In this document: positions 27,086-36,928 of the stretch, one piece after another
Layout of the letters: every line of letters starts with the position of its first letter
How positions within the stretch are numbered: the first letter of the stretch is position 1
DNA from: Gemmatimonadota bacterium
Lineage (GTDB): Bacteria; Gemmatimonadota; Gemmatimonadetes; Palauibacterales; KS3-K002
Length of the DNA stretch: 44,316 bases
Direction of reading: 5' to 3'
NCBI GenBank assembly: GCA_039586795.1
Contig: JBDHJS010000041.1
Coordinates: 1-44,316 of the forward strand
Position numbers and translations under genes: made by a program
Notes under the pieces: generated by a model
Database searches by the model: none
Told to the model about the DNA's origin: nothing
Seen by the model: only the letters and a program-made list of their open reading frames with translations

Positions 27086-29848
27086 CTAGAGTCCCAGCCA
27101 GTAGTTGACCTTCAGAATGAAAGCGTTCTCCGGCTCGATACCGCGGAGCAGATCCAGATCGCGGCTCAGGTCGAACGTGCCGGTGCCCACGCTGTTGCGA
27201 CGATTCTGCTGCCAGACGAAGAAGATGGTGGAGCCGGGACGATACTCCCAGCGCAACACCGCGTTGAGTCGCAGCGATTGGATGTTGAAGGGCTTGTCGC
27301 CGAACGAAATGTCCGTCTGGCCGTCCCCGTCCCAGTCGATGTAGCGAGTGCCATCGTACGTGCAGGTCCGCCCGTCCACGCAGGTGACATCCCCGTCCAC
27401 CTCCACCCCGGTGCCTTCCTCGAACACGTCGAACGCGAACGTCTCTGATTTTGCCAGCTGTTTGTAAGTCAGGTAATCGCCCGACGAGATTAGTGGCTGC
27501 GCGTACAGCTGCAGGGTGAGGTTTGTGTTGAAGGAGATATTCAGCCGCGTCTCGAAGGAGAACTCGTGCCGCTTGAGGTCGGAGAAGAAGTAGCGGTTTC
27601 CGTAAGTGGGTATGAAGCCGACGAAATCGCTGGTGGTGACATACTGGGCCGGGTCGACCTGTTGGCCATAGGCCGGTTCGAAGAACATCTCGATACTGGG
27701 TACGGGCCGGAAGCCGATACCCATGCCGACTTCCCACGCGTAGGCATCGCGATAGCGATTCTGGTACTCGAATTCCGGTTCGAGGAACAGCGGCCGGCGC
27801 CGGTCGGTGTTGAGCCGGAGGCCGAACTCGTAGGAAGAGGGGTCGATCATCAGCGGCCCACCACGGGTCTCGACGTCGCTCAAGACCTGTGGGTCATAGG
27901 TAGCGTTGATGTCAACGCCCCAGAAGTTATTGAACGTGAAGTCGCCGCCCAGCCGGAACATGCCCCCCTTATGCGCCTGCTGCCAGGAGTTCCACGAGAG
28001 TGGATCATCCAACGCCGAGTGTCGCCAGTTGTGGAAGGTGAAGAAGTTGATCCGGTAGCTGCGGAACAGCGAGCCGGGCGTGATCTCCCGGTAAGAGACA
28101 CGAAAGCCCGCGTCCAGCCGTTCATTCGATTGGGAGAAGCCGAGGTCGTTGACCTCGAAGCCTGGCGAGATCTGGCCCAGCCAGACGCCCCCGGTCCAAT
28201 GCTTGGCGCTGCGGCGCTCGAACTGCAGCCGCCAGTTGACGCCGGTCAGCGAAGTGGCTGTGGAGTCGACTTCCAGGTAGTCAGCGTCGGGCCGCTGGAA
28301 GTAGTGGGCACTGTTCCGCTGGATGCGGATCATGGCGACCGAGTCGCCGCGGACGTGGCTGCCGGCAAAGAAACCCCAGAGAGCCCAATCCCGGGAACTG
28401 GCGCCGCCGAAGTTGTGCTCGAAATCCAGCCCCATGCTATAGGCGTTGGCCGGCAAAAAGTTGAATTTTCCGTTACTGGGGAGATTGCGATTCGCGATCG
28501 TGAAGATACCGCCCACCGTCGAGGCGCCGTCTCGGAGGTCCTGCTGGGCCCGGAACACTCCATATTGAGCTGGCGGCTCCACCATGAACCTGACGGTGTT
28601 ACCGGTATTGTTGTTGTAGGCTAGCCCCGACTCCTTCTCGGTGAAGGCAGCCAGGGCGCCGATGGCCAAACCGCCGGCTGAACGACCAGTGACTTTTGCG
28701 GCCGTCATGATCGTCGTTTCTTGAGGCACCTGCTGGAACGACGCGAACGTCGGTACGGTGCCACGAGGCTCGCGGCCAATTCGCCGCGTGTAAAAGAGCT
28801 GGTTCTGCCTGCCCGACAGGCGGAACTGGAAGACCTGGCCGTCTTCGACGAAGAACGGTCTCCGCTCCGGGAAGAAGACCTCGAACTGCGTCAGGTTGAC
28901 CACGGCGGGATCGACCTCGACCTGGCCGAAGTCGGGATTGATCGTGGCGTCGAGGGTGTAGTTGGCGCCGAGTCCGTAACGGAAGTCGAGACCGACCCGG
29001 CCATTGGCCTGGCTGCCATCGAAGAACGGATCGCTTGGATCGGAAGGTCCGGTGTTGGCGCGGGCCAGGACGTAGGGCCGGAACTCGATTCGACGAGTGC
29101 CCTGCGGCAAGTGCAGGCCTTCGAGCTGGCCGAACACGCTTACCTTGCCGTGTTGAACGCGCGACTCGAGCGAAAAATACGTGTGCTCGGCGCTTACTAG
29201 ACGGCGACGTGAGAAGTTAATGCCCCACGATTGCACCGAGTCCTGGGCTATGTACCGCAGCTGTGAAAGCGGGATGCGAAGCTCCGCGTACCAGCCGGTC
29301 GAGTCGCGGTGCACGGCCGACTGCCAGATCGCGTCCCAGTTCTCATCCTCGCGCACGTCGTCGTACATGAAGACGTCGCGCTGCACGTTCGATGCGCTAA
29401 CACGAAACCTGTAACCGGTGCGTTTGTCGTTGTTCGAATCGAGAGAGAGCTCAAAGTAGTCGTAGGCACCGTTCTCATCGCGGCGAACGAGCTGAGTGGC
29501 GATGCGGTCAGGTTGTGGGTCATACATGAAAGCGCCGACATAGATCGCGCCTTCGTCGTACAGGACACGGACCTCGGTCGGCTGCTCCGCCGGCGCGCCT
29601 TCTACCGGCTCACCCTGAACGAAGCTCGTGGCCGGGATCGCTCTCTGCCAGGCGGTCTCATCAAGCCGCCCATCGATATTCACATCCGCTTCCCGGGTCG
29701 CCGCGACAACGGATGGCGTTGCGGGCGGGGCGTCGCCGTTGTCCCCGTTGGATTCGGTCTGGGCCGACGCCGACCGCACGCCAAGAAGCGCCGGCGCCAG
29801 AAGGACCGAGATCGTTAGGGCTTTGAATAGGGACGCCGAAGTCGTCAC
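27086..29848 (-). CDS. DUF5916 family outer-membrane protein with N-terminal CBM9-like domain
   Basis: Probable GTG start at 29848; signal peptide; IDGRLDE..W, ELRIPLSQLRY, NPDFGQVEVDP, FFPERRPFF, YTRRIG; beta-barrel C-terminus LKVNYWLGL. Confidence 0.85.
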   Translation of the reverse strand: MTTSASLFKALTISVLLAPALLGVRSASAQTESNGDNGDAPPATPSVVAATREADVNIDGRLDETAWQRAIPATSFVQGEPVEGAPAEQPTEVRVLYDEGAIYVGAFMYDPQPDRIATQLVRRDENGAYDYFELSLDSNNDKRTGYRFRVSASNVQRDVFMYDDVREDENWDAIWQSAVHRDSTGWYAELRIPLSQLRYIAQDSVQSWGINFSRRRLVSAEHTYFSLESRVQHGKVSVFGQLEGLHLPQGTRRIEFRPYVLARANTGPSDPSDPFFDGSQANGRVGLDFRYGLGANYTLDATINPDFGQVEVDPAVVNLTQFEVFFPERRPFFVEDGQVFQFRLSGRQNQLFYTRRIGREPRGTVPTFASFQQVPQETTIMTAAKVTGRSAGGLAIGALAAFTEKESGLAYNNNTGNTVRFMVEPPAQYGVFRAQQDLRDGASTVGGIFTIANRNLPSNGKFNFLPANAYSMGLDFEHNFGGASSRDWALWGFFAGSHVRGDSVAMIRIQRNSAHYFQRPDADYLEVDSTATSLTGVNWRLQFERRSAKHWTGGVWLGQISPGFEVNDLGFSQSNERLDAGFRVSYREITPGSLFRSYRINFFTFHNWRHSALDDPLSWNSWQQAHKGGMFRLGGDFTFNNFWGVDINATYDPQVLSDVETRGGPLMIDPSSYEFGLRLNTDRRRPLFLEPEFEYQNRYRDAYAWEVGMGIGFRPVPSIEMFFEPAYGQQVDPAQYVTTSDFVGFIPTYGNRYFFSDLKRHEFSFETRLNISFNTNLTLQLYAQPLISSGDYLTYKQLAKSETFAFDVFEEGTGVEVDGDVTCVDGRTCTYDGTRYIDWDGDGQTDISFGDKPFNIQSLRLNAVLRWEYRPGSTIFFVWQQNRRNSVGTGTFDLSRDLDLLRGIEPENAFILKVNYWLGL

Positions 29849-30228
29849 TGAGCTGCTTCGTTCCTGTTCGCGAAAGTTGCCGAAGAGTATAGACACAAAA
29901 AGACCCACAGGGTCCACGCCACCCCGGCGAGGCGACGGTTCCCCTCGTCTCGCCACACTAACACCTGACATATAGAGAACGTTGGCGGGCCGGGAACGCT
30001 GCGAGAGCCTCTTCTCGACTACATCCAACAGGCGGAAATCAAGCAGAATAGGGCCTTTTTCGCTACCCTGACGGCGCCGCCACCGGTGTCGATGACGATT
30101 CGTTGAGACCCTGCCGCTAGACTGTCCCTGCTTCAGCCCGTTTCGCTCGCGGACCTCGAGCTCTCCCCGAGTGGCCGTGGGGCTTTCGAAGCTCGTGAGG
30201 CCGTCGCAGACCGTTCAAGGAGGGCGTA

Positions 30229-30819
30229 TTGGCAGGTAGCAGCAAAGCTTGGGTCGACCGTGTGCTAAGTCTGCTCACGGGGGTGGTGGCGGTCGCGGCG
30301 CTGTACTTCCTGGCAGTCGATCGCGTCATGCCAGCGTTGCGAGGCGTACCCAAGGCGCTTCGCCAGGGGGAGACGCTGGCAGCGGATCTCGAATTCCGGA
30401 CGCTGGGTGCGTCGCAGGATGGAGAGGGAGAAGGATTGCGCCGAGTCCCGTCGGAACGGCCATCCTTGCTGCTCGTCTTCTCCTCGACGTGCCCAGCTTG
30501 CTACGCGAACCTCGCCGCCTGGCAGGAGGTGGTTGGCGCAGCGGGTGAAGCTGCAACCGTGCTGGCCGTAACAGTGGAGAGGGACAGCCTGGCCGCGCTG
30601 GCGTACGCGAGGGATCATCTGCCCGGAGCGCGTACCGTGGTCCCGACCGACCCGCGTCGGTTTGCCGAGGTGCTAGGGGTAAGCGTGGTGCCGTACACGG
30701 TTCTGGTGGCCGCCGATGGTAGGGTGGAGTTCGTGCGAAGCGGACGTCTCGACTCGGCGTCGGTCATTAGTGCAAAGAGAGCGCTGGGGGCTCTGTCGAG
30801 CTCTTCAACACTTAGATGA
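30229..30819 (+). CDS. Membrane-anchored thioredoxin-fold (TlpA/peroxiredoxin-like) protein
   Basis: SD AAGGAGG plus TTG; N-terminal TM helix; LLVFSSTCPAC; cis-Pro segment VVPYTVLV..DG. Confidence 0.78.
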   Translation: MAGSSKAWVDRVLSLLTGVVAVAALYFLAVDRVMPALRGVPKALRQGETLAADLEFRTLGASQDGEGEGLRRVPSERPSLLLVFSSTCPACYANLAAWQEVVGAAGEAATVLAVTVERDSLAALAYARDHLPGARTVVPTDPRRFAEVLGVSVVPYTVLVAADGRVEFVRSGRLDSASVISAKRALGALSSSSTLR

Positions 30820-30832
30820 AAGGATGTGGGGG

Positions 30833-31069
30833 ATGCGGAGACGACTGGTGTTGCTGGCGGTCGCGGTAGCGCTCTTGCTGGGTCGACCCGGGGCGGCCAC
30901 AGGCTTTACGGTCATCATTCCAGATGCGCTGTTGCGGGTCGTGTGCGAGGCGATCTGTGCCGAGAAGGCGAAGGAGAACTGCGAGGTCATCGACTCGATG
31001 GTCTGCAACTTCTACGTCGCGGGGTGTCTCTCCGGCTGCAACTACGGGATGCTCATCAAGCAAAGGTGA
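30833..31069 (+). CDS. Small secreted six-cysteine protein A (78 aa)
   Basis: Sec-type signal MRRRLVLLAVAVALLLG (alternative ATG 30824); C-x3-C-x7-C-x7-C-x6-C-x3-C. Confidence 0.7.
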   Translation: MRRRLVLLAVAVALLLGRPGAATGFTVIIPDALLRVVCEAICAEKAKENCEVIDSMVCNFYVAGCLSGCNYGMLIKQR

Positions 31070-31081
31070 GGGAGGTGAGGA

Positions 31082-31306
31082 ATGAGAAGACTGCTCTTTC
31101 TCGTAGCCGCCATCGGCATCTGCCAGGTTGCCACGCCGCCCGCGACTACGGCGGCGGAAAACGATCGGGCGAAATGCGAGGCGTACTGCCTGACGGGGGC
31201 GTTCTACTGCTACTTGTCGATGGGGATCATCGCGGGCAGGGATAAGTGCGACGCCCAGTACGAGGGGTGCATGGCCGGGTGCATTGCGGCCATCAAAGAA
31301 GTCTGA
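31082..31306 (+). CDS. Small secreted six-cysteine protein B (74 aa)
   Basis: SD GGAGGTG; signal MRRLLFLVAAIG...; mature C-x3-C-x6-C-x12-C-x6-C-x3-C. Confidence 0.75.
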   Translation: MRRLLFLVAAIGICQVATPPATTAAENDRAKCEAYCLTGAFYCYLSMGIIAGRDKCDAQYEGCMAGCIAAIKEV

Positions 31307-32355
31307 TGCTGACCCATTCGGACGAAGCGGACGCTGCCGGCGCGAGCACGCTGGCCGCGATCCCGGTGGAGACTCGCTGGCTCATCCCTCCAGACCCCAA
31401 TCAAGAACCACCGTTCTCGGCACCCCTGGCCATGGCGGTGGACGAAGAGCGCGGGCGACTCCTGATACTCGAAGCTCAGCCGCCGGAGCTTAGAGTCTAT
31501 ACAGTCGATGGCCATCTCGATGTGACACTCGGGCGCGAAGGGGGCGGGCCCGGTGAGTACACACACCCGTTCGACGTCGCCGTGAATAAAAGGGGCGTTG
31601 CCGCCGTTCTGTCGATGACCGGGCGCGTCACCTACTGGAGTCCCGAAGAACAGCTGCTGGGGACAGCAGAAGCCGGCGGAGCCGGAATGGCGACGGATAT
31701 CATGGCTGCGCTCGGCGATACCTTTTACGTGAAGGTCGAGCTCTTCCCTCCGGATGACGTGGCCGAGTTCCGCGTCGTTACGCTCGACTCCGTCTTGCCG
31801 GAGCCTCGATTCAGCGATGAAGGTGTTACCGGGACGGAGCGGCCGGGCCAAATCGATAGAAACCACTCATATGCCGTGGCTGCGTCGCCGGAGGGCGGGC
31901 TGCTGCTGTCGCCGCCGGGGCCGGACTACCTGATTCTGCGGTTTGCGCCCGAGGGTCACTCGCAACAGCCGATCCGTCGCACCGAGATAGGTCCGCTCGA
32001 GCGCAGTCCGGAAGAGATCGAGACTATCGAGGAGAGGATACGCAAGCGGTTCGCCGAACTTGGAGCGGAGATCCCACCTGATTTCGAGGTCTCGGGCTCC
32101 CGTTCCCACATAAGACGACTCGCCATCGCTCCCGATTCGACGATCTGGGCGCACACTCTACGTGGTGCGGACAGCGCCTCGATAATCGATGTGTTCGACA
32201 AACTTGGCACTTTCAGGGCGAGCTACAGGCTGGACATCCTAGCCAGTCGGATCGCGGTGGGCTCGGAGCGGTTGTATGCCCTGGCCGCGGGCGATCTTGG
32301 CGTCGTAGGAGTTGCGGTGGCCGAGCGACCGGATCGCGGACCGCAGAATCGCTGA
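31306..32355 (+). CDS. 6-bladed beta-propeller (NHL-like) protein
   Basis: TGATG coupling to the upstream gene; 'LGREGGGPGEY..P' NHL-type motif; 'IDVFD..G.F' blade. Confidence 0.75.
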   Translation: MLTHSDEADAAGASTLAAIPVETRWLIPPDPNQEPPFSAPLAMAVDEERGRLLILEAQPPELRVYTVDGHLDVTLGREGGGPGEYTHPFDVAVNKRGVAAVLSMTGRVTYWSPEEQLLGTAEAGGAGMATDIMAALGDTFYVKVELFPPDDVAEFRVVTLDSVLPEPRFSDEGVTGTERPGQIDRNHSYAVAASPEGGLLLSPPGPDYLILRFAPEGHSQQPIRRTEIGPLERSPEEIETIEERIRKRFAELGAEIPPDFEVSGSRSHIRRLAIAPDSTIWAHTLRGADSASIIDVFDKLGTFRASYRLDILASRIAVGSERLYALAAGDLGVVGVAVAERPDRGPQNR

Positions 32356-32544
32356 ACGTGAGGGGATAGCCGAGGCCGGAGATTGCGGGTAGGGGAAGGC
32401 GGGGCTATTATCATCGTTGAAAACGGCTCCACGTTGAGTTGATGGCCTCAGCTAATCGCCCTTGAGCCTGGCTAGGTATCCGCGTTGAGTAGCTCCGAGT
32501 CGACGATCCCGAAGATCACCCCGAAGCCGCCCGTCGGTTGCGCT

Positions 32545-33021
32545 ATGCTTCTGATGGACCTGTTTCGCGCCTATCTCCATCAGCAACGCCTGCCGGTGAC
32601 GCATCAGCGAGAAGCGATCGCCCTGTCGCTGTTCGAGAGTGAGCATCAGCTCTCGGTAGATGACCTGGCCGACATTCTCCGGGAGCGGGGAGAGCACGTG
32701 GGAAAGGCGACGCTCTACCGGACGCTGAACCTGCTGGTGGAAGCAGATTTGGCTCGAGAGCTGGACTTTGGCGAGGGTTACAAGCGTTACGAGCACCAGG
32801 CGGGCGAGGCACGATACGACCACCTGATTTGCACAGGATGTGGCAAAGTAGAGCGGTTCACGCGCAGCGCGCTGGACGATCTTCAGTTCCAGATCGCCGC
32901 CGAGCAGGGTTATGCCGTGCAGAGCCGGCGTTTGGAGATCTATGGGCTTTGCGGCGACTGTCAGCCGGAAGCAGGCGATACGGTTGCCGCCGACACGGCA
33001 GGCGGTGGGGTCAAGGGCTGA
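32545..33021 (+). CDS. Fur family transcriptional regulator (degenerate metal sites)
   Basis: T.QREAI, ATLYRTLNLL, RYE, HLICTGCG, YGLCGDC; start may extend to TTG 32485. Confidence 0.88.
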   Translation: MLLMDLFRAYLHQQRLPVTHQREAIALSLFESEHQLSVDDLADILRERGEHVGKATLYRTLNLLVEADLARELDFGEGYKRYEHQAGEARYDHLICTGCGKVERFTRSALDDLQFQIAAEQGYAVQSRRLEIYGLCGDCQPEAGDTVAADTAGGGVKG

Positions 33022-33141
33022 GCTAAGCCTGGCGTCGAGATCTGCGGGTGCTGGATGGCGTCGCGGACCGATCGAGCGGATCGGCGCGGCGTTTTTCTTG
33101 CATAGCGAGGTCGGGAGGTTTCACCCAAACGGAAACGGGAC

Positions 33142-33705
33142 ATGAACGAGCACGAGCGGTTGATCGAGCTGTTGGCGGAACGGTCATTCAAGATCGGCGA
33201 TTTCACTCTGCGGAGCGGAAAGAAGAGCCGCTTTTACGTCGATGCCCGGACGTCGACTATGTCGGCGGAAGGCCAGGCGCTGATCGGCGCGCTGGGTCTG
33301 GCGGCGCTGGACGAGGCGGGACTGAGCCCCGCGTCGGTGGGAGGTTTGACGATGGGAGCCGATCCGATCGCCTATGCGATCGCGCACAGGAGCTTTCTGG
33401 ATGGCCGCCCGCTCGAGGCCTTCACGGTGCGCAAGGAGCCGAAAGGTCACGGCGTTGGCCGGCAAATCGAGGGATGCTTCGAGTCGGGTCAAGAAGTGGT
33501 GGTGATCGAGGACACGATCACGACGGGCGGGTCCGCTCTGAAGGCGTGCGAAGCATTGAAAGCGGCCGACGCGAGGATCCTGGCCGTTCTGGCGCTCGTC
33601 GATCGTGAGGAAGGGGGTCGAGAGGCTCTCGAGGCTGAGGGCTATCGAGTGATCAGCCTGGTGAAGCTTACGGAGCTTCGCCAACGCGTGGGCGACGCGG
33701 GCTGA
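33142..33705 (+). CDS. pyrE: Orotate phosphoribosyltransferase
   Basis: FTLRSGKKS.FY.D, GGLTMGADP, VRKEPKGHG, PRPP motif VVIEDTITTGGS. Confidence 0.95.
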   Translation: MNEHERLIELLAERSFKIGDFTLRSGKKSRFYVDARTSTMSAEGQALIGALGLAALDEAGLSPASVGGLTMGADPIAYAIAHRSFLDGRPLEAFTVRKEPKGHGVGRQIEGCFESGQEVVVIEDTITTGGSALKACEALKAADARILAVLALVDREEGGREALEAEGYRVISLVKLTELRQRVGDAG

Positions 33706-33807
33706 CGATCGACCGCTGGCACCGGGGCGCCGGGTCGTGTATGTTTGGCGCCCTGCGTCGAAGACACATAGCCCCACTAGCATTCACCTAATTTCAGGAC
33801 CGCGAGT

Positions 33808-34722
33808 ATGCTGCGCAGCGTACTGCTCTATCTGAGTGAACAGAAGCGGCTACAGAACTTCGTACTAAACTCGAAGCTGGCCCGGAAGCGGTCGCGTCGT
33901 TTCGTGGCAGGCGAGACGCTTGATGAAGCCATCGGCGCGGTGCGTAATCTGAATGGGTCGGGGATGGACGTTACGCTGGACCACCTTGGTGAGGCGGTGG
34001 AGAGCGAGCAGCAGGCGCGGGCAGCAACGGACGACTACATCAAAATCCTGGATCGCCTGAGCTCTGAGAACGGTGTCAAAGCGACCATCTCGATCAAGCC
34101 GACCCAAATTGGTCTGGCTATCGACCGTGAGCTTTGCCTGGAGAACATGCGGCGACTGGCGGAGGCGGCGCAGCGGCACGAAAACTTCGTGCGCATGGAT
34201 ATGGAAGCCTCGGAATACGTGGACGCCACGCTCGATGTATTCTACGCGCTATTCCAAGAATTCAAGAACATTGGCGCGGTCATCCAGTCGTACCTACGGC
34301 GCAGCGAAGACGATGTCCGAAAACTGGCCAGTCTGGGTGCGCCGGTTCGGCTGTGTAAAGGCGCCTACAAGGAGCCGGCGGAGCTGGCGTTCCAGAAGAA
34401 GCGTGAGATTGACGACGCTTACGTGCGGCTGCTCGAAATACTCATGGATTCGAATGCGCCCGTGGGCATCGCGACTCACGATGACCGGATGCTCGACGCG
34501 GGTAAGCGTCTGATCGGCGAGCATAGCGATCGAAAAGCTCCGGCAGAGTTCCAGATGCTCTATGGCGTGCGGCGCGACATGCACACAAAGCTGGTCGAAC
34601 AGGGATTCGGGATGCGGATCTACGTGCCGTACGGCAACGAGTGGTACCCGTACTTCATGAGGCGGATGGCCGAGCGACCGGCCAACTTGCTGTTCGTATT
34701 GCGCGCGATGGGCGGGAAGTAA
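33808..34722 (+). CDS. Monofunctional proline dehydrogenase
   Basis: RFVAGE, DHLGE, RMDME, QSYLRRS, RLCKGAY, IATHD, FQMLYG, YVPYG..WYPYFMRR.AE. Confidence 0.93.
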   Translation: MLRSVLLYLSEQKRLQNFVLNSKLARKRSRRFVAGETLDEAIGAVRNLNGSGMDVTLDHLGEAVESEQQARAATDDYIKILDRLSSENGVKATISIKPTQIGLAIDRELCLENMRRLAEAAQRHENFVRMDMEASEYVDATLDVFYALFQEFKNIGAVIQSYLRRSEDDVRKLASLGAPVRLCKGAYKEPAELAFQKKREIDDAYVRLLEILMDSNAPVGIATHDDRMLDAGKRLIGEHSDRKAPAEFQMLYGVRRDMHTKLVEQGFGMRIYVPYGNEWYPYFMRRMAERPANLLFVLRAMGGK

Positions 34723-34723
34723 G

Positions 34724-35407
34724 CTAGCCCAACCGCTCCAGTTCGCCGTCCTTCATCACAAGATCGAAGACCTCGCCGAAGCAGCGCGAAACTTCGTCAC
34801 CCAGCTGGCTCACCGTTTGAGGCTTGCCGGTCTCGTTCTGCACTGAAGTCATCTGTACAGCGTCTATTCCACAGGGCACGATAAGATCGAAATCGGTCAG
34901 GTCCGTGCTCACGTTGAGAGCGAAGCCGTGAAAGGTGACCCAGCGCGTCACGTGGACACCTATCGATGCGATCTTGCGGTCTCCTACCCACACGCCGGTG
35001 TAGCCTTCAACTCGGCGGCCTGTGATCCCAAAGGCGCGAAGGGCCTGGATCAACACTTCTTCCAGCTGCCTGAGGTACCAGTGGAGGTCCTGGCGATGCT
35101 GCGTCAGGTCGATGATAGGGTAACCGATCAGCTGGCCCGGCCCGTGATATGTGACGTCGCCACCGCGCTCGATCTCGTGGACAGATACGCCGAGCTTGGA
35201 AAGCGCGTCAGCGGAAGCGAGGACGTTTGACTCGCTGGAGCCGCGCCCCAGAGTGATAACCCGAGGGTGTTCGAGCAGGAGTAGCAGATCTTCGAGTTGG
35301 AGCTTGTCGACGCGGGCCCTGGCCAGGCGGCGCTGAAGTTCGAGGGCCTCACCGTAGTTGGTGAGGCCCGGTAGCCTGATCGTGTTACAGATTCTTGATC
35401 CGCTCAA
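34724..35407 (-). CDS. lipB: Octanoyltransferase
   Basis: LEHP..TLG, RGGDVTYHGPGQ, KIASIG, HGFALN, IVPCG. Confidence 0.95.
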   Translation of the reverse strand: MSGSRICNTIRLPGLTNYGEALELQRRLARARVDKLQLEDLLLLLEHPRVITLGRGSSESNVLASADALSKLGVSVHEIERGGDVTYHGPGQLIGYPIIDLTQHRQDLHWYLRQLEEVLIQALRAFGITGRRVEGYTGVWVGDRKIASIGVHVTRWVTFHGFALNVSTDLTDFDLIVPCGIDAVQMTSVQNETGKPQTVSQLGDEVSRCFGEVFDLVMKDGELERLG

Positions 35408-35437
35408 TGCTGCTTGCCCCCACCGCGGGCCCTATAC

Positions 35438-36871
35438 CTAAATGTGGATGGGCCGACCCAGGGTGGCCAGTCCGGCCTCCATCACCGCCTCGGCCAGGGT
35501 GGGGTGAGCGTGTACGGTCCCGGCCAGCTCTTCCACCGTCGTCTCGAGGGCGCGGCCAAGGGTAACTTCAGCGATCAGTTCGGTCACGTTGTGCCCGACC
35601 ATGTGAACGCCGAGAACTTCTCCGTACTTGGCATCGGCGACGATTTTGACCAATCCGTCGGGTGCCCCAGCCGCGAGGGCTCGACCGTTCGCGCTGAACG
35701 GGAACTTCCCGACCGTCACATCGAAGCCGTCCTCTTTCGCCTGTTTCTCGGAGCGACCCACGCTGGCGACCTCGGGGTGACAGTACGTGCAGGAGGGAAT
35801 GTTATTGCGATCGACGGGATGGGTCGAGGCGCCGGTGATGTGCTCGGCGGCGACCGCCCCCTCGTGAGAGCCTTTGTGAGCGAGCATCGGCGGGCCGGCG
35901 ACATCTCCGATGGCGTAGATGCCGTCGGCGCTGGTTCGGTTGTACTCGTCGATCTGGATCCAGCCGTTCTCGTCCAGCTTAACGCCGGCAGCCTCGAGGC
36001 CGAGGTCCTCAACGTTCGGTGTGCGACCCACTGCCATCAGCAGCATGTCGCACTCGACGAGCTCGTCACCGCCGGGCGCCTCGATCGTCACCTTCAACTT
36101 GGTTTTTAGCTTCTCCAGCGACTTCACTTTCGTCTTGGCCTTCACCGCGATGCCGCGTTTCTTGAACGAGCGGCCCACGACCCCGGCGACCTCTTCATCC
36201 TCGAGCGGGAGGATCTGAGGCAGCGCTTCTACGATGGTCACCTTGCTGTCGAAGGCGGCGAACATGTCGGCGAACTCCATCCCGATCGAACCGGCGCCCG
36301 CTACCATGATGCTGCCGGGAAGCCTCTTGAGCTCGAGCGCCTCGCGACTGCTTATTACACGATCGCCATCGAACTCGAATCCGGGGAACGTCTTTGGCCG
36401 TGAGCCTGTCGCGATGATGATGTTGGTCGCTTTGATCGTGGTCTTGCCCCCGGACTTCAGCTCGACCTCCACCTTCTTTTCACCTGCCAGCTTGGCTCGG
36501 CCAAGGATCGCCGTTACGCCGTTCTTGTCGAACAGGAACTTGATTCCCTTCGTCAGACGCTCGCTGACCTTGCGGCTTCGCTGAACGGCCGCTCCGAAGT
36601 TCAGGCTGTAGCTCGTGATGTCGACGCCAAACGAGGCGGCGTCTTCCTTCACGTGTCGGGCAAGACCGGCACTCTCGAGCAGTGCTTTTGTCGGAATGCA
36701 GCCCCAGTTGAGGCATACGCCACCCAGTCCGCCTTCGTCGGTCTCGGCGTCGATACAGGCAACGCTGAGTCCGAGCTGGGCGGCGCGAATGGCGGCGACA
36801 TAGCCGCCCGGACCGGCGCCGATCACGACGAGGTCGTAACTGTCCTTTATGCCTTCAGGTTTCTTGGCCAC
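35438..36871 (-). CDS. lpdA: Dihydrolipoyl dehydrogenase (E3)
   Basis: GAGPGGYVAA, GGVCLNWGCIPTK, LAHK, HPTLAE. Confidence 0.96.
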   Translation of the reverse strand: MAKKPEGIKDSYDLVVIGAGPGGYVAAIRAAQLGLSVACIDAETDEGGLGGVCLNWGCIPTKALLESAGLARHVKEDAASFGVDITSYSLNFGAAVQRSRKVSERLTKGIKFLFDKNGVTAILGRAKLAGEKKVEVELKSGGKTTIKATNIIIATGSRPKTFPGFEFDGDRVISSREALELKRLPGSIMVAGAGSIGMEFADMFAAFDSKVTIVEALPQILPLEDEEVAGVVGRSFKKRGIAVKAKTKVKSLEKLKTKLKVTIEAPGGDELVECDMLLMAVGRTPNVEDLGLEAAGVKLDENGWIQIDEYNRTSADGIYAIGDVAGPPMLAHKGSHEGAVAAEHITGASTHPVDRNNIPSCTYCHPEVASVGRSEKQAKEDGFDVTVGKFPFSANGRALAAGAPDGLVKIVADAKYGEVLGVHMVGHNVTELIAEVTLGRALETTVEELAGTVHAHPTLAEAVMEAGLATLGRPIHI

Positions 36872-36928
36872 GTGACTCTCCCGGTCGAGTTTATGGGATC
36901 TGTGGCGGTAAATTTGCGATTGGAACGA

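Noticed and set aside
33086..33102. Sigma54-like GG-N10-GC upstream of pyrE
   Set aside because: The -24 element (CGGCGT) matches poorly; likely chance
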